Assembly (NCBI GenBank): GCA_041567315.1
Contig: JBFGCA010000003.1
Span: 15,398 to 79,397, forward strand
Direction of reading: 5' to 3'
From: Thermoanaerobaculia bacterium
GTDB lineage: Bacteria > Acidobacteriota > Thermoanaerobaculia > Multivoradales > JAHEKO01
DNA length: 64,000 bases
Shown here: positions 42,793 to 50,432 of the stretch, piece by piece
Numbering within the stretch: position 1 is the stretch's first letter
Layout of the letters: each line of letters starts with the position of its first letter
The notes under the pieces: model-generated
Databases searched by the model: none
The model's input: the letters and a program-made list of their open reading frames with translations, nothing else
What the model was told of the DNA's origin: nothing
Position numbers and translations under genes: made by a program

Positions 42793-43373
42793 GGATACAG
42801 CCGCTGCCGCGACCAGCCGCCGTCCTTGCGCACCCAGAGCAGCCGATCGTGGAGGCGATGGAGCTGGCTGCACCAGAACTCGATGCGCTCGGGCACGATG
42901 CGGTAGCCGCCCCAGAAAGGCGGGCGCGGGACCTGGCGGCCGGCGAAGCGGGCCTGCATCTCGACGAAGCGCGCCATCAGCACGGCGCGCGAGGCGAGCG
43001 GCGAGCTCTGTTTGGAGGTCCAGGCGCCGATCTGGCTGAGTCGCGGCCGGCCGGCGAAGTAGGCGTCGGCCTCGGCGGCGTCGACCTCCTCGACCGCGCC
43101 TTCGATCCTCACCTGGCGGTGGAGGCTCGGCCAGTAGAAGCACAGCGCCGCCCGCGGGTTGGCGGCCAGGTCGCGGGCTTTGCGGCTTTCGCGGTTGGTG
43201 TAGAACACGAAGCCGCGCTCGTCGACGCCCTTGAGCAGCACCATCCGCGCCGCCGGGCGGCCGCCAGCGTCGGCGGTGGCCAGGGCGCCGGCGGTGGCGT
43301 CCGAGGTCTCGCTTTTCTTGGCGCGCTCGAAGAGCTCGATGAACTCCGCGATGGGATCGCCGGCCGCGGCCAT
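42789..43373 (-). CDS. pdxH: Pyridoxamine 5'-phosphate oxidase
   Basis: ATG 43373 inside track ORF 42789..43886. RMVLLKGVDERGFVFYTNRESRKA, RQVRIEG, YFAGRPRLSQIGAWTSKQS and FWGGYRIVPERIEFW...RLYP. TACAAT (complement of 43384-43389) lies 10 nt upstream of the start. Confidence 0.9.
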   Translation of the reverse strand: MAAAGDPIAEFIELFERAKKSETSDATAGALATADAGGRPAARMVLLKGVDERGFVFYTNRESRKARDLAANPRAALCFYWPSLHRQVRIEGAVEEVDAAEADAYFAGRPRLSQIGAWTSKQSSPLASRAVLMARFVEMQARFAGRQVPRPPFWGGYRIVPERIEFWCSQLHRLHDRLLWVRKDGGWSRQRLYP

Positions 43374-43429
43374 GACGGGCGGGATTGTACCGCCCGGCCG
43401 CCGAGACCGATGCCGCCCCGGCGCGGCTC

Positions 43430-43942
43430 TCAGCTCCCGGCGATGACCTCTTCGAGGACGAAGCGCAGCAGGTGACGGACCGACAGGAAGCCCACCACCT
43501 TGCCGTCGTCGACCACCGGCAGGTGGCGCAGGCCGCGCACCGCGCACATGTGGACGGCGAAGACGGGCGGGTCGCCGGGCTCGAGGGTGTAGGGCTTCGG
43601 GGTCATCACCTTGGCCACCGGGGTGGCGGGATCGAGCCGCGGTCGCACCACCCGCGTCAGCACGTCGCGCTCGGTGAAGATGCCGCGCAGCCGCGAGTCC
43701 TCGAGCACCAGCACGCAACCGTGGTGGGCTTCGCGCATCTTGGCGATGCAGTCGGCCACCGGCGTCTCGGGGCCGACCGCCAGCGGTGGGGTGAGCTCGA
43801 GGTCGCCGACGCGGGCGCTCAGCAGTTTGCCGCGGAAGCCCGCGCCGGCCGCCGGCAGGTCGAGCCCCGCGAGGTCGCTGCCGCAACGCTCGCAGAGGTC
43901 GCTGCCCTGGATGTTGTCGGTGCCGCAGTTGGGGCAGCGCAT
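43430..43942 (-). CDS. Zinc-ribbon + CBS-pair domain protein
   Basis: Track ORF. MRCPNCGTDNIQGSDLCERCG, then two CBS motifs (GCVLVLEDSRLRGIFTERDVL, HLPVVDDGKVVGFLSVRHLL). Confidence 0.8.
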   Translation of the reverse strand: MRCPNCGTDNIQGSDLCERCGSDLAGLDLPAAGAGFRGKLLSARVGDLELTPPLAVGPETPVADCIAKMREAHHGCVLVLEDSRLRGIFTERDVLTRVVRPRLDPATPVAKVMTPKPYTLEPGDPPVFAVHMCAVRGLRHLPVVDDGKVVGFLSVRHLLRFVLEEVIAGS

Positions 43943-43943
43943 C

Positions 43944-44435
43944 TCAGCCTCCCTCGGGGCGGGCGAGCTGCTGGTGGAGCCGCGGCGGCAGGTTGAGCAC
44001 GGTCTCGGGGTAGTGGTCGGCGATGAAGCGCAGGATCACCCGGCTCGAGATCAGGCCCGCTTCGCGGCCCTTGGCGTCGATCAGCGGCACGTGCCGGTAG
44101 CCGCCCTCGACCATCACCTCGAGCGCCTCGGCCACCCGCCGGTCGGCCGGCAAAGTCACCGGCTCCCTCGTCATCAGCTCGCCGATCGGGGTGGCGACGT
44201 CGACGTCTTTGCCGGCGGTGCGGTTGAGGATGTCGCGCTGGGTGAAGATGCCCACCACGCGATCGTCTTCGCAGACCATCACCGCGCCGTGGCGCTTCTC
44301 GTCGAGCACCCGGTAGACCTCGCCCAGCGGGGTGTCGGGCGACACCCGGTGGTCGTGCTGGCGCCCCAGGTCGTCGATGCGAACCGTGCGCAGGATCTCT
44401 TCTACCGAGCGTGACAAGGGCGGCAAGGCTACCAC
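43944..44435 (-). CDS. CBS-pair domain protein
   Basis: Track ORF. AVMVCEDDRVVGIFTQRDIL and HVPLIDAKGREAGLISSRVIL. Start (GTG 44435) uncertain. Confidence 0.75.
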   Translation of the reverse strand: MVALPPLSRSVEEILRTVRIDDLGRQHDHRVSPDTPLGEVYRVLDEKRHGAVMVCEDDRVVGIFTQRDILNRTAGKDVDVATPIGELMTREPVTLPADRRVAEALEVMVEGGYRHVPLIDAKGREAGLISSRVILRFIADHYPETVLNLPPRLHQQLARPEGG

Positions 44436-44456
44436 AGGGCGGCGCCGCGGCCGGCC

Positions 44457-45827
44457 TCAGAAGAGGCCGACGGCGTGCAGGAAGACCGCCCCCACCGCCA
44501 GCGGCACGAAGTAGCGCAGCACCGCCAGCCAGCCGGCGTAGCCCGCGCCCAGCCGGCTGCCGGCGGCGAACTGGGCGCGCCGCTCCGGCTCGCCCAGGCG
44601 CCAGGCCACGAACACCGCCATCCCCAGTCCGCCGCAGGGCAGCAGCCAGTTGGTGGACAGGTCCGCCACCAGGTCGAACCAGTTGCGCCCGGCCAGCGCT
44701 TCGAGGCGCGGGCCCAGCAACGGGCTCGACCCGGTGAGCGCCGAGGGGACCGCCAGCAGGGTGATCGCCGCCCCCGAGACCAGCGCGGCGCGGCGCCGCG
44801 GCCAGCCGCGCTCGTCGATGAAGAAGGCGGTCGCCACCTCGAGCAGCGAGATGGCGCTGGTCAGCGCGGCGAAGACCAGCAGGACGAAGAAGACCGTGGC
44901 CAGCAGGGTGCCGGCCGGCATCCGGGCGAAGGCGACCGGCAGGGTGGTGAAGACCAGCCCGGGGCCCTGGCCCGGGGCCAGCTCGTAGGTGAAGATGATC
45001 GGGAAGATCACCAGACAGGCGAGCAGCGCGATGGCGGTGTCGAGCCCGGCGATGGTCACCGCGTCGCGCGGCACGTCGTCGTCGCTGTCGAGATAGCTGC
45101 CGTAGGTCAGCAGCCCGCCCATCCCCAGGCTGAGGGTGAAGAAGGAGTGCCCCAGCGCCTCGAGGACGCCGCCCGCGGTCAGGCGCTCGGCGTGCAGGCC
45201 GAAGACGAAGCCGAGGGCGCGGGGGAAGCCGTCGAGGGTCAGCGCCCGGACCAGCAGCCCGGCCAGCAGCACGAAGAAGGCCGGCATCAGGATCCGCGAC
45301 CAGCGGTCGAGGCCCTTTCTCACCCCCAGCACGACGACCGACACGGTGAGCGCCATGAACACCACCAGCCACAGCAGATTGAGCGCCGGCGAGGCCCGGA
45401 GGCCGCCGAAGAGGGCGGCGATCTCGCCCGGTCCCAGCCCGGCCAGCCCGCCGCGCCCCGCCAGCCAGGCGTAGTGGAGGGCCCAGCCGGCCACCACCGC
45501 GTAGAACGACAGGATGGCGAAGGCCGCCACCACCCCCAGCCAGCCGAGACCCTGCCAGGGGCTGCGGGCGCCGGCCAGCCGCTTGAAGGCGCTCACCGTC
45601 GAGCGCCGGGCGGCGCGTCCGATGAGGATCTCGGCCACCATGATCGGCAGCCCGACCAGCGCGATCGAGGCCAGGTAGACGACCACGAACAGCCCGCCGC
45701 CGTTCTCGCCGGTGATGTAGGGGAAGCGCCAGACGTTGCCGAGCCCCACCGCCGAGCCGGCGGCGGCGAGGACGAACCCCGCCCCCGAGGCCCAGGAACC
45801 GCGACCGCTGTCGCCGCTCGTCGTCAT
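44457..45827 (-). CDS. Sodium-dependent transporter, SNF (neurotransmitter:sodium symporter) family
   Basis: Track ORF. GLGNVWRFPYITGENGGG hallmark and about 11-12 hydrophobic segments. Confidence 0.9.
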   Translation of the reverse strand: MTTSGDSGRGSWASGAGFVLAAAGSAVGLGNVWRFPYITGENGGGLFVVVYLASIALVGLPIMVAEILIGRAARRSTVSAFKRLAGARSPWQGLGWLGVVAAFAILSFYAVVAGWALHYAWLAGRGGLAGLGPGEIAALFGGLRASPALNLLWLVVFMALTVSVVVLGVRKGLDRWSRILMPAFFVLLAGLLVRALTLDGFPRALGFVFGLHAERLTAGGVLEALGHSFFTLSLGMGGLLTYGSYLDSDDDVPRDAVTIAGLDTAIALLACLVIFPIIFTYELAPGQGPGLVFTTLPVAFARMPAGTLLATVFFVLLVFAALTSAISLLEVATAFFIDERGWPRRRAALVSGAAITLLAVPSALTGSSPLLGPRLEALAGRNWFDLVADLSTNWLLPCGGLGMAVFVAWRLGEPERRAQFAAGSRLGAGYAGWLAVLRYFVPLAVGAVFLHAVGLF

Positions 45828-45934
45828 CGCTCACCGAGGGAAAATCGCGCGCGAGCATAGCAGTGGGCGGCAAGCGCTCCTGTAGACTGACCGCCCGTCC
45901 GAGCCGCCGCCACTCGACTCCCACCGTGCCCGCC

Positions 45935-47317
45935 ATGCCCCCCGCCACCCAGCCGCTGACGGCGGTCGACCGCGCCTGGCTGCGGATGGACGAGCCCACC
46001 AACCTGATGCTCATCAACGGCGTGCTGCTGTTCGACGAGCCGCTGTCGCTCGACGCCGTCAAGCAGGTGGTGGAGGAGCGGCTGCTGTCGATCCCGCGGT
46101 TCCGCCAGCGGGTGGCGCGGCGCGGCCGCTGGGCGCACTGGGAGGAGGATCCGCAGTTCGACGTCGACGAGCACGTCGTCGAAGAGGTGCTGCCGCCGCC
46201 GGCCGACGAGACGGCGCTCCAGCAGATGGTCAGCCGGCGGATGAGCGAGCCGCTCGACCCCCTGCGTCCGCTGTGGCGCGCCCACGTGGTGAGAAACCTC
46301 GACGGCGGCGCCGCCATCCTGTGGCGGCTCCACCACTGCATCGGCGACGGCATCGCCCTGATGCTGGTCCTGCTGTCGCTGACCGAGAGTGCGGACGGTG
46401 AGGGCGGCGGTCTGAGCGAGAGCCCGCTGCGCGCCCTGTTCGGTCCCCGGCGGCTGGCCGCCGAGGTGGCGCGGCGGCAGCTCGAAAAGGTGATGCCGGA
46501 GGCGGTCAAGCTGCTGGTCGGGCCGCCCGAGAAGCTCAAGCAGCTCGGCCGGCTGCGCCTGGGCGGCGGCTCGGCGGCCGCCCTCGGGCGGCTGGCGCTC
46601 AAGCGCGCCGATCCCCGCACCTTGTTCAAGGGCGACCTGGGCGGCGTCAAGCGCGCCGTCTGGTCGCGGCCGCTGCCCCTCGACGAGGTGCGCGACGTCT
46701 GCGGCGCTCTCGGCGGGACGGTCAACGACCTGCTGACCACGGCGGTGGCCGGTGGGCTGCGGCACTACCTGCTCGACAAGGGCGAGCGGGCGGACGGCTT
46801 GGACTTCCGGACGGTGGTGCCGGTCAACCTGCGCCCGCTCGAGGAGATGGCCTCGCTGGGCAACCAGTTCGGGTTGGTCTTTCTGCCGCTGCCCATCGGG
46901 GTCGGCGACCCGGTCGACCGGCTGGCCGAGCTGCGGCGCCGGATGGGCGCCCTCAAGCGCTCGCTCGAGCCGGTGGCGGCGCTCGGCATGCTGCACCTGC
47001 TGGGACTCTGCCCGCCGGCGCTCCAGCGGCTGGGGGTGCGGATCTTCGGGACCAAGGGCACCGCGGTGCTGACCAACGTCCCCGGTCCCCACCGGCGGCT
47101 CTATCTGGCCGGGCAGCCGATCCGCGGTTTCGTCTTCTGGGTCCCGCAATCGGGCAGCGTCGGCATTGGGCTGTCGATCGCCAGCTACGCCGGCGAGGTG
47201 CGGCTGGGGGTGGCCACCGACTCCGAGCTGGTGCCCGATCCGGAGATCATCGTCGACGGCTTCCACCGCGAGTTCGACGCCCTCAAGAACCGGGCCCGCA
47301 AGCGGCGAGCCTCCTGA
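45935..47317 (+). CDS. Wax ester synthase / diacylglycerol acyltransferase (WS/DGAT) family
   Basis: ATG 45935 inside track ORF 45863..47317. Active-site HHCIGDG, N-terminal LTAVDRAWLRMDEPTNLM and C-terminal NVPGP. Confidence 0.85.
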   Translation: MPPATQPLTAVDRAWLRMDEPTNLMLINGVLLFDEPLSLDAVKQVVEERLLSIPRFRQRVARRGRWAHWEEDPQFDVDEHVVEEVLPPPADETALQQMVSRRMSEPLDPLRPLWRAHVVRNLDGGAAILWRLHHCIGDGIALMLVLLSLTESADGEGGGLSESPLRALFGPRRLAAEVARRQLEKVMPEAVKLLVGPPEKLKQLGRLRLGGGSAAALGRLALKRADPRTLFKGDLGGVKRAVWSRPLPLDEVRDVCGALGGTVNDLLTTAVAGGLRHYLLDKGERADGLDFRTVVPVNLRPLEEMASLGNQFGLVFLPLPIGVGDPVDRLAELRRRMGALKRSLEPVAALGMLHLLGLCPPALQRLGVRIFGTKGTAVLTNVPGPHRRLYLAGQPIRGFVFWVPQSGSVGIGLSIASYAGEVRLGVATDSELVPDPEIIVDGFHREFDALKNRARKRRAS

Positions 47318-47343
47318 CCCGGCAAGGCGCCGCCACCGGCCCG

Positions 47344-48573
47344 ATGCGAGAGCTGCTCACCAGCGCCGAGCTCTGGAAGTACGTCAGCATCCCGTTCGTC
47401 GCCGCCATCGTCGGCTGGCTGACCAACTGGGTGGCGATCCGGCTGACCTTCGAGCCCCTGGAGTTCCGCGGCTGGCGGCCCTGGCTGGGATGGCAGGGGA
47501 TCATCCCCTCGAAGGCCGGCAAGATGGCGGCCATCTTCGCCGAGTCCACCATGTTCCGGCTCGGCACCCTGGGCGAGATCTTCCGCCACATGGAGCCCGA
47601 CCGGATGGCGGCGCACATCGCCGCCTACGTCGAGCCGCGGATCGAGCGCTACACCGACGAGGTGATGTTCTGGGGCGGCAGCGGCGCGCTGTGGAGGCGG
47701 CTGCCGCGGCCGATCAAGGAGCGGGTCTACGAGCGGGTGAGGGGCGAGCTGGCGCCGCTGGTCGACTCGTTGATGCGCGAGATCGGCCGCCGGGTGGAGG
47801 AGCTGGTCGACTTCAAGGGCATGCTGGTGGCACGGCTCGAGCGCGACAAGGTGCTGCTCAACCGGCTGTTCCTGGAGGCCGGCGAGCAGGAGTTCAAGTT
47901 CATCCTGCGCTCGGGCTTCTACTTCGGGTTCCCGTTCGGCCTGGTGCAGCTCGCGGTGTGGTGGTTCTACAAGGGCTGGTGGGTGCTGCCGGTCTTCGGG
48001 CTCCTGGTCGGCTGGGCCACCAACTGGATCGCCATCAACTTCATCTTCCGGCCGCTCAAACCGGTCAGGGTGGGGCCGTGGACGGTCCAGGGTCTGTTCC
48101 TCAAGCGGCAGCGCGAGGTGGCCGCGGTGTGGTGCGCGCTGGTCACCCGCGAGATCGTGACCCTCCGGCACCTGATCGACGCCATGCTCACCGGCCCGTA
48201 CGCGGGGCGCACCCGGGCGCTCATCCAGGAGCACCTCCAGCCGCTGGTCGACGAGGCGCTGGGCCTGTTGCGCCCGGCGGCGGAGCTGGCGGTCGGCGCC
48301 GGCGCCTTCTCCGAGCTGCGCGAGGCGGTGGCCGAGAAGGCGATCGAGGTGGCCGGCCAGCCGTTCGATCACTGGAGCTTCAACGCCGAGCGGGCGGCGG
48401 TGCTCGAGGAGCTGCTCCGCGAGCGGATGGAGGCGCTGCCGCCGCACGAGTTCCAGGACCTGCTGCGGCCCTGTTTCCAGGAGGACGAGTGGAAGCTCAT
48501 CCTCACCGGTGCGGTGCTCGGGTTCCTGGCCGGGCTGGCGCAGCTGACGCTGGTCTTTGGCGGCGTGGGATAG
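47344..48573 (+). CDS. DUF445-family membrane protein
   Basis: Track ORF. Duplicated VGWLTNWVAIRLTFEP / VGWATNWIAINFIFRP motifs typical of DUF445. Confidence 0.8.
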   Translation: MRELLTSAELWKYVSIPFVAAIVGWLTNWVAIRLTFEPLEFRGWRPWLGWQGIIPSKAGKMAAIFAESTMFRLGTLGEIFRHMEPDRMAAHIAAYVEPRIERYTDEVMFWGGSGALWRRLPRPIKERVYERVRGELAPLVDSLMREIGRRVEELVDFKGMLVARLERDKVLLNRLFLEAGEQEFKFILRSGFYFGFPFGLVQLAVWWFYKGWWVLPVFGLLVGWATNWIAINFIFRPLKPVRVGPWTVQGLFLKRQREVAAVWCALVTREIVTLRHLIDAMLTGPYAGRTRALIQEHLQPLVDEALGLLRPAAELAVGAGAFSELREAVAEKAIEVAGQPFDHWSFNAERAAVLEELLRERMEALPPHEFQDLLRPCFQEDEWKLILTGAVLGFLAGLAQLTLVFGGVG

Positions 48574-48600
48574 AGTGATCGCGCTGGAGGTCGAACCGAG

Positions 48601-49251
48601 ATGCGCAAGCTGCTGCTGTTCCTGCTCGGCGTGGTGGTGGGCGGGGCCGGCATGGCGCTCGCTCCGCGCTGGCTGGGAGGCTGGTCGCCGGCGATGCTGG
48701 CGGGTGGCGCCGCCGAGGGCACGGTGGAGGCCAAGCGCTGGGACGGCGCCGACCTGCTGCTGACCCTGGTCACCGAGGAGGGGGCGACGCTCGCCACCTT
48801 CCGCGAGCGGGCGGCGGCGGTCGACCTGCTGGTGGAGAAGGGCGACAGCGTGCAGCTCGGCGTCGCCCGCTACAGTCCGTTCGTCGAAGACCCGCCGGTC
48901 CGCCGGGTGGTCAAGAAGACGCAGCTCGAGGCCGCGGCGTCGGCGGCCGCCCTGCCGCCGGCCGACGCGGACGACGCGAGTGGCCTGCCCGAGCCCGGCG
49001 GCGCGGCGGCGGCGCCCGGCAGTGGGAGCCGGCGCGGCCGTTTCGCGGAAGGCGACAACGGCGGCGGGACCCTACCGGAGCTGCCGAGCGCTGAGCGGGA
49101 TGTGGGCGGCGCGACCGGCACGAGTGGCGAGCCCCCGGGCGGCGAGCCCGCGAGCGGCGAGGCGGCGCCACCCGAACCGCCGCCGACTACCCCGCAGGAG
49201 GGCGGCGAGGCTGCCCCGCGGGGCGTTCCGGCGGAAAGAGCGACCGCCTAG
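48601..49251 (+). CDS. Hypothetical protein with N-terminal TM/signal anchor and low-complexity C-terminus
   Basis: Track ORF with GGAGG upstream. MRKLLLFLLGVVVGGAGMALA. No family recognised. Confidence 0.55.
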   Translation: MRKLLLFLLGVVVGGAGMALAPRWLGGWSPAMLAGGAAEGTVEAKRWDGADLLLTLVTEEGATLATFRERAAAVDLLVEKGDSVQLGVARYSPFVEDPPVRRVVKKTQLEAAASAAALPPADADDASGLPEPGGAAAAPGSGSRRGRFAEGDNGGGTLPELPSAERDVGGATGTSGEPPGGEPASGEAAPPEPPPTTPQEGGEAAPRGVPAERATA

Positions 49252-49319
49252 TCTGGTGGTGGAAGGCCTGCGGCGCGCCCGTGCGGGCAGCCGCCGCCGG
49301 TCCAGCGAAGGAGACCGCG

Positions 49320-49559
49320 ATGCGCAGATACCGTGACGACTACGACCGCGAAACCGAGGCCGTGGCCTGGCGTTCGCCCGACGGTCGCAAGTTCATGGTG
49401 TGCGGCACCGAAGAGGGCTATGCCCTGCGCGCGCCAGGCGACTGGGAGTCGGACGACGCCGTCGAGTTCGAGGCCGACGCCGACGGCAACGTCTTCTTCG
49501 ACGGCGAGCCGGTGGGCTGGAAGATCCCCCGCCAGGTGCTGCGCCGGATCGCGGTCTGA
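49320..49559 (+). CDS. Small hypothetical protein (79 aa)
   Basis: ATG 49320 inside track ORF 49281..49559, with GAAGGAGA upstream. Acidic and non-repetitive, with coding-like GC3. Confidence 0.5.
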   Translation: MRRYRDDYDRETEAVAWRSPDGRKFMVCGTEEGYALRAPGDWESDDAVEFEADADGNVFFDGEPVGWKIPRQVLRRIAV

Positions 49560-49577
49560 GCCGGGAGCGGCCGGGGA

Positions 49578-50432
49578 TCAGGTGACGGCCAGCAGCGGGC
49601 CGCCGGTCTCCTCGAGGAGCTGCTGGATCAGCTCCTCACCGTGACGGCCCCCGGTCGGGACCACCACCAGACCTGGCCGGTGGCGCCCGACGGCTCGCCG
49701 CGCGCCTCCGGGGGTGGGCTCGACGGCGACGGTGACGCCGACCGCCTGCATCCGCGCACCGAGGTGGGTCTGCAGCCGCTCGCGGAGCGCCGCCGGCTCC
49801 TCTCCCATCAGCAGCACGGTGATCCGCTGGCCGGCCGGTGCCCCCAGTTGGAGCGCCAGCTCCACGGCGTCGTCGCCGGCCGGTGAGCCGTCGTAGATCG
49901 CCAGCGGCCCGGCAGCGGTTGCCGCGGCCGCCGCCCGCTGCCGCGGCGCCCGCCCGACCAGCAGCGTCCGGCGGCGCTCCTGGGCGAGTAGCGCGCGAGC
50001 GGCGCTGCCCAGCACCCGCCGGTGGCGGAGCGACCAGCCAACCCGTCCCAGGCTGACCAGGTCGGCGTCGCCGGTCTCGGCGACGATCTGCTCGGCGACC
50101 TGCCCGCGCACCACCCGGAAGCTCGAGCGCACGCCGGACCTCGCGGCCAGACGGTCGAAGTCCCGCCGGACGCGGCCGGCCTGGGCGCGTAGCTGGCGCT
50201 CGAGCTGCGTCCGGTCCAGCCGGTCGGACTCGGCGGTCAGCGCCGAGAGCTGCCGGACCAGCGGCGAGCCCGCCAGCTCGAGCAGCGCCGTCTCCTCTAT
50301 GAACAGCCCGGCCAGCTCCACTTCGAGGGCGACGGCCAGCTCGGCGGCGGCGGCGGCGGCGGCCAGGCTGGCGGGCGAGGCGTCGATCGCCACCAGGATC
50401 CGGCGGATGGCGACCGCCGGGCCCCGGCTCAT
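49578..50432 (-). CDS. Tandem universal stress protein (UspA-family) domains
   Basis: Track ORF. RILVAIDASPASLAAA, ADLVSLGR and a second half GLVVVPTGG. The start overlaps the stop of the Lon-like gene as ATGA (50429-50432). Confidence 0.7.
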   Translation of the reverse strand: MSRGPAVAIRRILVAIDASPASLAAAAAAAELAVALEVELAGLFIEETALLELAGSPLVRQLSALTAESDRLDRTQLERQLRAQAGRVRRDFDRLAARSGVRSSFRVVRGQVAEQIVAETGDADLVSLGRVGWSLRHRRVLGSAARALLAQERRRTLLVGRAPRQRAAAAATAAGPLAIYDGSPAGDDAVELALQLGAPAGQRITVLLMGEEPAALRERLQTHLGARMQAVGVTVAVEPTPGGARRAVGRHRPGLVVVPTGGRHGEELIQQLLEETGGPLLAVT

